Positions 28,310-38,403 are shown, counted from the stretch's first letter. The stretch is 64,000 bases of DNA from Terriglobia bacterium (GCA_963695545.1 OY968796.1:1792001-1856000), one strand, 5' to 3'. Translations and numbers: made by a program. Notes: generated from the letters alone by a model not told the origin.

Positions 28310-29147
28310 TTGGGAAGCTCTTGATTTCGTGTTTCGAGCCGTTGATTACTTCGACGGTGTAGGGCGCGGCCGGAGGCGGATCGACTCGCCGCGTTTTGCG
28401 CGAATGTCTGGTGGGAGCGGGAGGATCGGCGTCCGCAAAAAGGGAAACTTGAGAAACAGGCGCGGGATTCACGACCTTGGTGTCGACGGTGTTGCGAAGC
28501 GTGAGCTGAATTTTTCCCTGCGAGCTGGCCATCGCGAGAATCGCGGCGTGTTCCGGAGACACCAGAAGAGTGATCACCGGAACGGTTTCAGGTTTCCCGT
28601 CGCTATCCTGCTGAATTTTCTGGCCGGCGGCCAAAACTCTTACGTTTTCGAGAATGGTTCGCGTAATCGTGGGACCTGTAGCGCCGTTTGCGCCGATCAT
28701 CGTGCCGGTGACCAGGACGTCGACTTTAGTTCCAGGCGTGACGAAACCCGCGACGCCAATCACGTTGTTCACGGCCACTGACAGGCCGCGCATTCCCGGC
28801 GGGATGGTGGCCGGCAAACCCGCGCCGGATTCGGTGGAAGCAAGTTTGCGCGCCAGGATCGGTTCGTTTTCCGCGACGGGAGTGATCAGCGCGCGGTCCA
28901 CGCAATCCTGGATTTTCGTGAACATGCCGGCGACGGGCGCGTCCTCGGGCCATGGAATCGTGCGCAGCATCGAGGCATCGAGACGCGTACCGAGATCAAG
29001 CGGTTCGGCGGCCACGACGATTGTGCGCATCGGACCGGACGCGGAAACGGACGAGATGCGCTTAAATTCGCGATACACGAATGTGCTCAGCAGCAGCGCG
29101 AGCACGACGGCCGCGACGAGACCGACGAGCAAGCGATTGCGATTCAT
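28302..29147 (-). CDS. cpaB: Flp pilus assembly protein CpaB (SAF domain)
   Basis: VVAA..L..G, IPPGMRGLSV, GVAGFV.PG.KVDVL, ILENVRVLA and LRN motifs. Confidence 0.94.
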   Translation of the reverse strand: MNRNRLLVGLVAAVVLALLLSTFVYREFKRISSVSASGPMRTIVVAAEPLDLGTRLDASMLRTIPWPEDAPVAGMFTKIQDCVDRALITPVAENEPILARKLASTESGAGLPATIPPGMRGLSVAVNNVIGVAGFVTPGTKVDVLVTGTMIGANGATGPTITRTILENVRVLAAGQKIQQDSDGKPETVPVITLLVSPEHAAILAMASSQGKIQLTLRNTVDTKVVNPAPVSQVSLFADADPPAPTRHSRKTRRVDPPPAAPYTVEVINGSKHEIKSFPNE

Positions 29148-29172
29148 GATCGTGGCCTCTCGCGCAATGGAT

Positions 29173-29706
29173 TCATCGGCCCCACCTCGCGATCAGGAAA
29201 CAAATCAGCGTTCCGGCCGCGGCGGCAACTCCGAAAGGCAGCTTCATGAGCTGCGGATTATCGAGCGAGATCTCGGGATTCGGATGAAGGCCGAGCAAAG
29301 CGAAGCCGCGGATCAATGCGACAATGTTGCGAATGGTGTCTCGAATTCGCCCTGCGGTGACCATGCGGGCGGCGGCCATCATGCCCGAGACGAAAATACT
29401 GGCGAGCAGAACGAAAATCAGCATGCCGGGTCCGAGGAGGGCTCCCGCGGCGCCCATGAGTTTCCAATCGCCCGCGCCGAGCGCGCGCATCACGACGAGC
29501 GGAAGCAATAAGCCGAGGGCGAGCAGCATTCCTTCGACGGACGACGCCACTCCGCGCCAACCACCCGTGCCGAAATGTAGTGCGATTCCGAGAATGATTC
29601 CGGAAATCGTCAGCCAATTCGGAATCAGTCGCGTGCGCCAATCCGTCCAGGCGGCAAGAAATGTGAGCGCGAGTGCGGACACCCAAACTGTTTGCTGCGC
29701 GTTCAT
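29173..29706 (-). CDS. cpaA: A24 prepilin peptidase CpaA/TadV
   Basis: WTDWRTRLIPNWL and GAGDWKL catalytic aspartates; LPFGVA tail. Confidence 0.93.
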   Translation of the reverse strand: MNAQQTVWVSALALTFLAAWTDWRTRLIPNWLTISGIILGIALHFGTGGWRGVASSVEGMLLALGLLLPLVVMRALGAGDWKLMGAAGALLGPGMLIFVLLASIFVSGMMAAARMVTAGRIRDTIRNIVALIRGFALLGLHPNPEISLDNPQLMKLPFGVAAAAGTLICFLIARWGR

Positions 29707-29894
29707 CGGAATCCTTCGCGTTCTGGGACATTTCGCGCTTAGAAGCCGTGCGATTGCGAAGCTACGGTGCTAACGTCTTTTGCGGAGCCTGTAGGTGAGG
29801 ACAGCGGGTCACTGGCCGCTAGAAAGTTTGGCGCCCTCCGAGGCGGCCAGCAACCTCTGTCTTCATCACGTCTGGATGAACCGGTCCGGTGGTC

Positions 29895-30068
29895 TCAGGA
29901 ACCCAAGGTCATATCGGTGACCGCTTTCGAAAACGCGTCGTTGATGCCGTTCGCGAGAGCGGTCAACGAGGCTGTGGCGGCTAGAGAGACCAAAGGCACA
30001 ACCAGAGCGTATTCGGTGAGGTCCTGACCTTCTGTTTCAAACCACAGACGTTTCAAAAGATTCTTCAT
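29895..30068 (-). CDS. flp: Flp type IVb/IVc pilin, 57 aa (MKNLLKRLWFETEG|QDLTEYALVVPLVSLAATASLTALANGINDAFSKAVTDMTLGS)
   Basis: G|xxxxEY Flp motif; AGAGGG RBS; heads the cpaA-cpaB-cpaC operon; absent from the ORF track. Confidence 0.93.
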   Translation of the reverse strand: MKNLLKRLWFETEGQDLTEYALVVPLVSLAATASLTALANGINDAFSKAVTDMTLGS

Positions 30069-30379
30069 GGTTCCCTCTTTTTTTACTTAGTCGTCGAGTG
30101 CGGCGGCGCGGAGATGGATGCCACCTTGTATCCCCGCGAAGTACAAGGCATGTGGGGCACCAATGTCGGAACCGATTCGGGAATGGGCCGAGAGCATTGA
30201 AGACACGCAAGTTGCGCGTTAATCGGCGCGGGACACATGGTCACAGGCAGGAATCCGGACCTCGGAAGTGTCACGTCCTGAGCGCGCTCAACAGCAGTCG
30301 GCGCGCGAATTGGTGACACATTCCGCGTGGCTTGTATGACTATCAGATACTTAATCGCCCCTCAACTGGCGGAGAATTG

Positions 30380-31987
30380 TTATTTAAGAGGAGAATTCGC
30401 TGCGATCGATCGCGAGGGAATGGTCACCGATGACCTGACGAAAAGCACGCTTTGTTCGTCGGAATAGACGCGCTGCCAATCTGGGGATGCGGAGAGAAGA
30501 GTTTCGAGGGCGCGGTCGGGCTCGACGAGACAGGATTGAATTTGGTAGTTGCGCAGGAGGGTCAATGCCCCGGGTTCAGCGTTCGCGATGTGAAGATAAT
30601 CCGCAAACACGCCGCCGCGCTCGTAGACGTCGGCGCGGCCGTCGATGAACACTTTGTGCTGCGGCGCGCGCGTCCAGACGAGGTAACCGCCGAAGCCGTA
30701 GCTATTGAACATCGGTTCGGGAACGGAGTGATGCTCGAGATACTGAACGGCGGCCACGGGAAACTGCTCGGCGACTTTGGCCTGGAGCTGTGCGGTCGAC
30801 GGGAAATAGCCAATCACGATGGCGGCGACGATGGCCATGAGTACGGCGTTCAGAGCGAATTTATCCTTGCGGCGCACGTAGGCGGGCGCCCAGCGCGAGA
30901 GAATCACGGCGAATATGGGCGCCGAAAACGGCACGAAGAGCAGAAGGAATCGCATGTGAAGACAAGCCATAGCCATGCCGCCAAGAAATAGAACGAATTC
31001 CTCAAGGCGCCACGCGAATTGCATCGTGACTTGTAACAGGATGAACCCGACGAGAAGGGCAAGAAACCATTTTCCTCCCGACAGATCGAAGGCCATCGGC
31101 CGCCACTCCTGGATTTGCGAAACGTTGAGCGGAAGCGAGAACGCGAATTCGACAGGCGAGGCGGCCAAGCGCACGCCGTAGGGCGTAAAGGGAAGCGCTA
31201 GGAGGCAACCGAGAAACACGAGGGAGATGCTGCGCCGCTGGGCGGGCGTCCAGGAGTGCGCTTCGAGATCGCCAACTCGAAACGGCGCGATGCCGGATAT
31301 CCAGTAGACGAGGATCGTGCCGAGACCGATGATCCACGATCCGTGCGCGTTGACCCAGATCAGCATGAGGATTGGCAGAAACCACATGGCGCGCGGTTTG
31401 CCCTGGCGGAAACGCTCGAGTGCGATCAGCGTGAGAATCAGGAAAAGATAGCCGAGCATCTGAGGACGCAGCGAGAACGAAGCTGCCGCGAGCATGAAGA
31501 CGGCGGCTGAGGCCACGAAGCCCGCTTTGGAATTTCCGGAGCGGAGCGTGGCGAACGCATACAGCGCGAGAACGATGGCCGTGCCCAGAACGATCAAGAG
31601 CGCGTCCAGTCCGCGATAGCCGGCGTGACGCCACGCCCACGCCAGCACAACTTCGCCCAACCATTCGTAGGCGAGCCACGGTTGACCGGAGACCGTAAAT
31701 GAAAACGGGTCCGCCACCGGCCAGCGATGAGTGGTTAGGATGGCGTCGCCGACTTTGATGTGCCACCACAGGTCGGGATCGACAACGAAGCGCCGCTCGA
31801 CGATGAATGTTCCGCCGACCAGCAAACTTGCCAGCATGGCGGGAAAGGAGAAGATCTTGCGCAGAATTTCCCCGGCCGCCGACGGAGCGGAAGCGGCAGT
31901 TCGCGGGTCGGACACGGCTGGGCCCGGGGAGAGAGGGAACGCTTCGGATTCTGCGCGCGCGTGACTCGAGAGATTCGATTCGCTCAT
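30380..31987 (-). CDS. Polytopic membrane protein, GT-C-fold glycosyltransferase-like
   Basis: ~11-12 TM helices; DPDLWWH acidic motif after TM1; YEWLGE, LRPQ, WVNAHG, QEW and FIDGRADVY motifs; soluble C-terminal domain; function inferred. Confidence 0.7.
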   Translation of the reverse strand: MSESNLSSHARAESEAFPLSPGPAVSDPRTAASAPSAAGEILRKIFSFPAMLASLLVGGTFIVERRFVVDPDLWWHIKVGDAILTTHRWPVADPFSFTVSGQPWLAYEWLGEVVLAWAWRHAGYRGLDALLIVLGTAIVLALYAFATLRSGNSKAGFVASAAVFMLAAASFSLRPQMLGYLFLILTLIALERFRQGKPRAMWFLPILMLIWVNAHGSWIIGLGTILVYWISGIAPFRVGDLEAHSWTPAQRRSISLVFLGCLLALPFTPYGVRLAASPVEFAFSLPLNVSQIQEWRPMAFDLSGGKWFLALLVGFILLQVTMQFAWRLEEFVLFLGGMAMACLHMRFLLLFVPFSAPIFAVILSRWAPAYVRRKDKFALNAVLMAIVAAIVIGYFPSTAQLQAKVAEQFPVAAVQYLEHHSVPEPMFNSYGFGGYLVWTRAPQHKVFIDGRADVYERGGVFADYLHIANAEPGALTLLRNYQIQSCLVEPDRALETLLSASPDWQRVYSDEQSVLFVRSSVTIPSRSIAANSPLK

Positions 31988-32073
31988 GATTTCGATTTTA
32001 GCTTCGTCACCAGTGGCCGACTCTCAGGCCGTGGTGCATCGAGTTCCCGGTGCATCGAATCAACGGCCGCGGC

Positions 32074-33510
32074 TCAGGCCGATTTCTTGGAGTGTGTCGG
32101 TTCTGCTGAAGCGTCTTGCGCGCGTGACTCCGATTCCTTCTGCCGGATATCGAGCTGATTGATCAGGCGATGCAAATAGCCGCGCGCGATGCCCAGCGCG
32201 CGCGCAGTTTCGGCTTTTTGCCAGCGGCATTCGCGGAGAGTGCGAAGGATCAATCGCCGCTTGAAGTGGCGGACCTCTTCTTCGTAGGAGCGCGCAAGCG
32301 CGGGACCCTCGCTCGCGGGCAAAATCGTGGCGGGCAGGTGCCAAAGCTCAACGGTCTGGCCATCGACCAGGACGACGGCGCGCTTCACGGCGTTCTCGAG
32401 TTCGCGCACATTGCCTGGCCAGCCGTACTCCTCGAGGCTGCGCAGAGCGGGCGGCGAAAAAGCGGTCGCTGTCCTGTTGAATTGGCGCGCCGCAACCTGA
32501 AGGAAATGATTTGCGAGAAGCGGAATATCTTCGTGGCGTTCCCGCAGCGGGGGGATATGCATCTGAGCGACGTTGATGCGGTAATACAAGTCCTCGCGGA
32601 ATCTGCCCTGTTGAACGAGTTCGGTGAGATTCCGGTTTGACGCACTGATCACGCGTATATTCACGGTTGTGGTGGCGCTGCTGCCGAGGCGCTCGAAGCT
32701 GCGCTCCTGCAGAACGCGCAACAGCTTCGGCTGCAGAGACAAATTCAGGTCGCCAATTTCGTCGAGGAAAAGCGTTCCACGTTCGGCCATTTCCAGGCGG
32801 CCACGGCGGCTCGTCAACGCGCCGGTGAACGCGCCTTTTTCATGGCCGAAGAGCTCGTCTTCGATGAGGGTTTCGGGAAGATTGGCGCAGGAGAACGCCA
32901 CGAGCGGTTTTGCCGCTCTCGAGCTGGTTCGATGGATCGCCCGGGCCAGCAGCTCTTTGCCTGTGCCGGTTTCGCCGGTGATCAGAACGCTCACGTCGCA
33001 GCTGGCAATTTTCTGCGACAGCGCAAATAGCTCCTGCATGGGAGCGGAAGTCCCAAGGAGGTCGTCCATCCGCGCGCCGTCCTGGGCGCGCACACGAAGG
33101 CTTTCGAGCTCTTCTTCGGCGCGGTGCATCTTGGCGGCCCGCTGGAGAATCAAGCGGAGCTCGACCATGTTGGGGGGATTGGCCACGGTATCGTACGCGC
33201 CGCGTTCCATGGCCCGAACCATCAGGGAGCGATCTTCTTCGTCGCAGAAGACGATCATCGGGGGCTTGGAAACGGACTCCCGAATTTGGTCCATGAAGCG
33301 GATGCCGAGCGCTTGGTCTCCGCCGGTGCCGGAGGCGCGCAAGTCGAGAAGCGCCACTTCGCACCACTTGCGCCAATCGTCCGGCTTGGCGATGCCCATG
33401 TCGTTGCTGTTGCGCGACTCGAATTCACTTCCGAGCGCGCGCGCGATGGCCTCCATAAGCCCTACGTCCTTGCTGAGGAGGAGAAGACGGACGGACGGGT
33501 GAGTTGCCAT
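32074..33510 (-). CDS. Sigma54-dependent enhancer-binding activator (NtrC-like) with atypical receiver domain
   Basis: GETGTGKE, ELFGHEKGAFTGA, LFLDEIG, FREDLYYR, WPGNVRELEN and a Fis-type HTH; start placed at MATHP. Confidence 0.95.
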   Translation of the reverse strand: MATHPSVRLLLLSKDVGLMEAIARALGSEFESRNSNDMGIAKPDDWRKWCEVALLDLRASGTGGDQALGIRFMDQIRESVSKPPMIVFCDEEDRSLMVRAMERGAYDTVANPPNMVELRLILQRAAKMHRAEEELESLRVRAQDGARMDDLLGTSAPMQELFALSQKIASCDVSVLITGETGTGKELLARAIHRTSSRAAKPLVAFSCANLPETLIEDELFGHEKGAFTGALTSRRGRLEMAERGTLFLDEIGDLNLSLQPKLLRVLQERSFERLGSSATTTVNIRVISASNRNLTELVQQGRFREDLYYRINVAQMHIPPLRERHEDIPLLANHFLQVAARQFNRTATAFSPPALRSLEEYGWPGNVRELENAVKRAVVLVDGQTVELWHLPATILPASEGPALARSYEEEVRHFKRRLILRTLRECRWQKAETARALGIARGYLHRLINQLDIRQKESESRAQDASAEPTHSKKSA

Positions 33511-33894
33511 AGTAGGTTCCCCGATGCCTACACTAGGTACTCGGAAGGCGCCGGACTTCACTACAACGATCGAACTGGCGCGTGGTGGCGGTGCTGCGGC
33601 GTGACCGCGGATCGGCCCTTGTTTTGCCCGACAGACGCGCAGTGCCCAAGAACGCCGGTCGTAGAAATATGAGACCCGATGAGTTACCTGAACGCATAGT
33701 GCAATTCGGATTCCACAAGTGAACGGAAATGACACCTATATACTATAGCAGAATTATTTGTTTATCAAGTCGTTAGAACGCTAATGTAGAAGATTCAGGG
33801 GGCCGGCCCACTGGGCAAATCATTTTATGTACAGTGTTTTGTCGATAAATGGACGAGAGGTTCCTCGTCAACCCGGTTCCCCCCGGCTCCTCCG

Positions 33895-33958
33895 GTGTCA
33901 CCATTTGTTTACACATTGTGTAAAAACTTCCTTGGGGAGTTGTTTGTCGTGTAAACAC
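33895..33958. promoter_or_regulatory. Operator cluster: GTGT-N12-ACAC site, TTTACACA-T-TGTGTAAA palindrome and inverted TGTTTACAC
   Basis: Directly visible in the AT-rich region upstream of the activator gene. Confidence 0.55.
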
Positions 33959-34104
33959 GAGCGTTTTCCGATTCAGGGAGATGCGGTCTGACAGCTAGCG
34001 CCGGACCAAGTCTGACCACCTCGTGGGTCCAGAATCTGCACCCGACAGGCGTCGCCAGCGGTTCTTATGCCCATGCCATCAGAGTGTTGCGGCGGTTCTG
34101 GCGG

Positions 34105-37100
34105 TTAGAACAGGAATTTCGCGGCCACCTGGAGAAGGCGCGGCGGGGCCGCGCTGATTACTTGGCCGAACGTTGAGCTTCCGATATTTCCGTCAACGGC
34201 CTGCGGTCCGAAAAACTGAGCATGGTTGAAGACGTTAAAGCCTTCCACGCGAAACTGCAGGGACTTGGATTCGGTCAGACGCAGGTTCTTGAGCAGGGCC
34301 ATGTCGTAGTTGTCCATTCCCGGTCCGTAGAAAAAGCGCCGCGGCGCGTTGCCTGGCGTGCCCAGAGAATTTTCGCTGAATGTAGCGGAGTTGAAGTAGG
34401 ACTGTCCGTTGCGAGGGTTGTCATTGAGGTCGAGGGGCGCGCCCGAGTAGTTCGGCTCGTCTACACCGTAGTTATTGATGCCATTCGGTTCGGCTCCCAG
34501 CACGGAATTGTCGCCATAGTTGACGAGCGTCACGGGGAGGCCGCTGCTGAAGTGGGTGATGCCGGAGAGTTCCCAGCCCTGCGTCCAGCGATTCGTGGCG
34601 CGAAACAGGCGCTCGAACGGGATCTGATAACTGTAACTCACGACAAAATTGTGTTTCACATCGAAGGCGGACAGACCTCTGCTGAGTCCAGGATCGAGCG
34701 GATTCACTTCTTCGCCGACGTTTGAAGCGTCGTCCTGGGATTTGCTGAAGGTGTATCCGGCCAGCACATTCAGGCGTCTGCCGCTGTGGCGCAGCGTGAC
34801 TTGCAACGCGTTGTAGTCTGAATTGCCGATGGTGGCCTGATTGGCATCGCTGCCAAAGTTCGATCCGAGTGGTCCGCGCGTGCCGTTATAGACCTGGCCG
34901 GTATTCGTGACGTAAGTGCTGTCTTCGCCGAACGGGCCGCATGGGGTTTGTCCCGACGCGAGGTTCGCGGGATTGCTCAGGTAGACGCAAAGCGCGGGGT
35001 CGCCCGGATTCGCTTCCTCGAGGACAAGGAGTCGATGGCCTTCGGTGCCGACGTAATTCACGCTGAGTACGGTGTTTTCTCCGAATCCGCGTTCGAGTGA
35101 GAGCATGTATTCCTCGGTGTACGGAATTCGATTGGTGGTGGGATAGTTCGGAAGCCCGGTGACGGGCTCGAACTGCGCCCAATTCACGTCGGCGTCAGGG
35201 AGACTCGCGGATGTGTCGAGCGGCGCGAGCGTAACCGGGAAATATTGACCGAGATTCTGGCCGGTTGCCGCGGTGACGAACGGCGTGGCAAACAGCGGCG
35301 GGGCCGGACTCGTGTAGGTGGTTCCGTAGGGCGCATTGGCGCTCATCACGCCGATCGTGAGCGCCTCGATGGCGCTGTAAAACATTCCGTAACTGGCGCG
35401 GATGCTGGTCTTTCCGGGTCCGCCAAGAAGTTTGGCGAGCACGCCTCCGTCTCCGGAAGCGCGCGGCGAGTACGCCAGGCCGACGCGCGGAGCAAAATCG
35501 AGATTGCCGGGCGGCGCCAAAGTCCGGGACACTCCCGGATCGCCTGGATAAAGGATGCCGGCCGGGGCGCCGGGGAAAACCACGGATTGCTCGCCCGGCA
35601 CGAACGTCGCGATCTGGTTGTACTTCTCATACCAGGGCTCGATGCGATCCCATCGCAGCCCGTAATTCAGCGTCAGGCTGCGCTTGACGCGCCAGCTATC
35701 TTGAGCGTAAAGGCCGACATATTTATTGCGCCCGTAAAAAGGCTGCAACTGGCTCTGATTGTATTGGCTCGGAATTCCAAGCAGAAAATCCACGAAGTCG
35801 GAGCCGGTTTCGGTGCCAAAGAACAAAAAGCTGCCGTTGAACTGAGCGATGGGGTTGACGTTGACTTGATCGTAGTGAAAATCGGCGCCGAATTTGAGCG
35901 TGTGGGTTCCCAGCACCTTGGAAAAATTGTCGAGCCATTGAAACGTGTTGTTGACCTGCTTCAGCTCGTTGGTGTTCGTTCCGATCGTGAAGCTGTTGAA
36001 GCCAACGCTTTCGACGCCTTCGGTTGCCGGCGATAGCGGCACGATTCCCGAAGTACCCTGGCCCACCACGAATCCTTGCGATGCCAGGCTCACGCCGACT
36101 CCGCCGACCGGTTTGCCGAGATCGTTCGCGTCGCGCATAAAGCTGAAGTGAAATTCGTTCACGGACGTCGCGCCGAGCGTCTTGGTGTCGCCCAGATCGA
36201 TCAATTGCGAGCGGCCGGTATAGAGCGCGTTAAAACCCGGGACGTTTGCGCCGCCTTGCGCGACGGGGTACGGATTGTTCTGCGACCAGTCGTCGACGGA
36301 ATAGTATGCGGACATCAAGCCCCAGCGTGTATCGGCGTCCAGGCGATAGGCACCCTTGTCGTCTCTCAAGATTTCGTTGTACGCCGAAGTGGAGAATGTG
36401 CCGTCGGCATTATTCGGCGTGGGAATATATGTCAGAAGGTTGATGGCGGGCGCGGACCACGCGTCCTTGGGAATCACGGCGCCGGGAAAGACGCACGCCG
36501 CGGAACTCGTGCATCCGGGCGTGTAGTAAGGTTCGCCGGCCGCCACGGTGTATCCCAGCTTGCCGGAAAGCAGGCTGGCCCAGTATGTTCCGCTCACCGT
36601 GGTGGGGACGGTGTTTCCGTTCGCATCCGCGGTCACGAGTTCGCTTGCCAGATCGGAGAGGTTGCCCGTCTGGTCCTGCACGGAAGGCACGGGAATCTGG
36701 CCCGTGTCTATTCCCTGCGTCGATCGAGTGCCTTGGTAATCCGCGAAGAAGAAAATCTTATTCTTGCGGATCGGCCCGCCCAGGGTGCCACCGAATTGAT
36801 TTTGGTCGAACGCGCCGCGCGAGGGGGAAAAGAAGTTGCGCGCGTCGAGATCGGTATTTCGCAAAAACTCGAATGCGTCTCCGTGGAGCTGGTTCGTGCC
36901 GGACTTTGTGACCACGTTGATCTGGCCGCCGGTGAATTCTCCGTACTCGGCGTCGAAATTGCTGGTGAGAATCCTAAACTCGGCAATGGAGTCGAGAGTG
37001 GGAACGATGGCGGTGCCCATGTTCACGTCTTCTTCCACGTCGCTTCCGTTCACGATGAAGGCGTTGGCAAATTCACGCTGCCCATTGATCGAAATCGTGC

Positions 37101-37749
37101 CCGGGTTCAAATCACCGGATGGAGAAAGCGCACTCGCGCCGACGTCTTGAACCGTGTCGGAAGTGATGGACGTGGACGGGGCCACGCCGGGTTGAAGGGC
37201 GAGCAGATCGGTGAAGCTGCGGCCATTGAGCGGCACGCCGGTCATTTGGGCGCCGGTGATCACCTCGCCCATCTGCGTGCTGGAAGTTTCGACGTGGACC
37301 TGGCTATCGGTGACGGTGACCGCTTCGCTCCTCGCGCCGACGCTGAGAACCGCATCGACGACGAGCGCAGTGTTCGCGTCGATCGCCACTCCCGTGCGGC
37401 GGTACGGGCCAAACCCAGTGGCTTTGAACTCGAGGTCGTAGCGGCCGATGGGGAGACTCGGGAATGAATAGAAACCTTTGTCGTCGGTCGCGGCGCTTTG
37501 CGCAAATCCAGTACCGGTGTTCGTCGCGGTGATCGTCACTTTCGGGATCACCGCGCCGCTGGAATCCCTCACGGTGCCGGAGATTTCACCTCCGACGCCG
37601 GCCCACGCGGCGATCGAGAGGCACGAAATCAGCGCCGAGATAAGAAGCAGAAGGCGCAGCCCCGCCCGGATCGTTGCGTACCCTGATCGAAGCGCGTTCG
37701 GAGACGAATGGAATAGTCTAGGACCAGTCACGTTCTCGTTTTCCCCCAA
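34105..37749 (-). CDS. TonB-dependent receptor, Oar-like, with carboxypeptidase-regulatory-like N-terminal domain
   Basis: ISGTVRDSSGAVIP, PLNGRSF, VVTKSGTN, LNYGLRWD, FAPRVGLAY and FNVFNH motifs; terminal Phe; TTG start uncertain. Confidence 0.93.
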   Translation of the reverse strand: MGENENVTGPRLFHSSPNALRSGYATIRAGLRLLLLISALISCLSIAAWAGVGGEISGTVRDSSGAVIPKVTITATNTGTGFAQSAATDDKGFYSFPSLPIGRYDLEFKATGFGPYRRTGVAIDANTALVVDAVLSVGARSEAVTVTDSQVHVETSSTQMGEVITGAQMTGVPLNGRSFTDLLALQPGVAPSTSITSDTVQDVGASALSPSGDLNPGTISINGQREFANAFIVNGSDVEEDVNMGTAIVPTLDSIAEFRILTSNFDAEYGEFTGGQINVVTKSGTNQLHGDAFEFLRNTDLDARNFFSPSRGAFDQNQFGGTLGGPIRKNKIFFFADYQGTRSTQGIDTGQIPVPSVQDQTGNLSDLASELVTADANGNTVPTTVSGTYWASLLSGKLGYTVAAGEPYYTPGCTSSAACVFPGAVIPKDAWSAPAINLLTYIPTPNNADGTFSTSAYNEILRDDKGAYRLDADTRWGLMSAYYSVDDWSQNNPYPVAQGGANVPGFNALYTGRSQLIDLGDTKTLGATSVNEFHFSFMRDANDLGKPVGGVGVSLASQGFVVGQGTSGIVPLSPATEGVESVGFNSFTIGTNTNELKQVNNTFQWLDNFSKVLGTHTLKFGADFHYDQVNVNPIAQFNGSFLFFGTETGSDFVDFLLGIPSQYNQSQLQPFYGRNKYVGLYAQDSWRVKRSLTLNYGLRWDRIEPWYEKYNQIATFVPGEQSVVFPGAPAGILYPGDPGVSRTLAPPGNLDFAPRVGLAYSPRASGDGGVLAKLLGGPGKTSIRASYGMFYSAIEALTIGVMSANAPYGTTYTSPAPPLFATPFVTAATGQNLGQYFPVTLAPLDTSASLPDADVNWAQFEPVTGLPNYPTTNRIPYTEEYMLSLERGFGENTVLSVNYVGTEGHRLLVLEEANPGDPALCVYLSNPANLASGQTPCGPFGEDSTYVTNTGQVYNGTRGPLGSNFGSDANQATIGNSDYNALQVTLRHSGRRLNVLAGYTFSKSQDDASNVGEEVNPLDPGLSRGLSAFDVKHNFVVSYSYQIPFERLFRATNRWTQGWELSGITHFSSGLPVTLVNYGDNSVLGAEPNGINNYGVDEPNYSGAPLDLNDNPRNGQSYFNSATFSENSLGTPGNAPRRFFYGPGMDNYDMALLKNLRLTESKSLQFRVEGFNVFNHAQFFGPQAVDGNIGSSTFGQVISAAPPRLLQVAAKFLF

Positions 37750-37778
37750 TGCTCTAGTTTGCTAGTGCGCGCAGCTAG

Positions 37779-37795
37779 TTGCGACGTCGTCGCAT
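37779..37795. promoter_or_regulatory. Fur-family operator TTGCGA-N5-TCGCAT
   Basis: Inverted repeat 30 bp upstream of the receptor start; matches the boxes at 38368 and 38432. Confidence 0.7.
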
Positions 37796-37884
37796 AAGCC
37801 GGTAAGTAAACCCCGCTGAACTTGTTCATCGCCCTGGGTAACTGGACCGACGACCGCTTCGCCGGGCTTACTTGGCGCGAAGCG

Positions 37885-38403
37885 TCATCCGGCGCTTTTC
37901 GCTGACGCCGCTGCCTTGCGGCACTTCTTGCACAAGCCGCCCACTTCCAGGCGCACCACGCGGATCGTGAAACCGCTTTGTTTGGCCATCTCTTGCTTCA
38001 GGCCCTCGAACGCCGAGCTCGCGTACTCGACGATCGTGCCGCAGCGGAAGCAAGCCATGTGGCAGTGATCACGGCTGGTCTTCGCCTCGTAATAATGTTT
38101 TTCGCCTTCGATGTGCATCAAATCGAGCTCATCGATCAAGCCGCGAGACTTCAAAAGCGCAATGGTTCGATATATCGTGGCGCGGTCGATGCCCGGATCG
38201 CGCTCCTTCGCGGCGCGCAGCAGCGCGGCTGCGTCCAGATGGCGCGACGCATCTTGAATAATTCCGACGAGCAAGCGCCGCTGTGTGGTGATGCGCACGC
38301 CGCGCGCCATGAGCTCTTTCATCAGGGAAGGCCTGGTGATGGCCGTATCGCTTTTCGACCTACCTAGTTGCGACTCGTTCGCAATTAATGCGCCGGCTGT
38401 CAT
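37885..38403 (-). CDS. Fur-family metalloregulator
   Basis: RITTQRR, ATIYRT, HCHMACFRCG..VEY and GLCKKC motifs; GGAGGAGG RBS. Confidence 0.93.
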   Translation of the reverse strand: MTAGALIANESQLGRSKSDTAITRPSLMKELMARGVRITTQRRLLVGIIQDASRHLDAAALLRAAKERDPGIDRATIYRTIALLKSRGLIDELDLMHIEGEKHYYEAKTSRDHCHMACFRCGTIVEYASSAFEGLKQEMAKQSGFTIRVVRLEVGGLCKKCRKAAASAKSAG

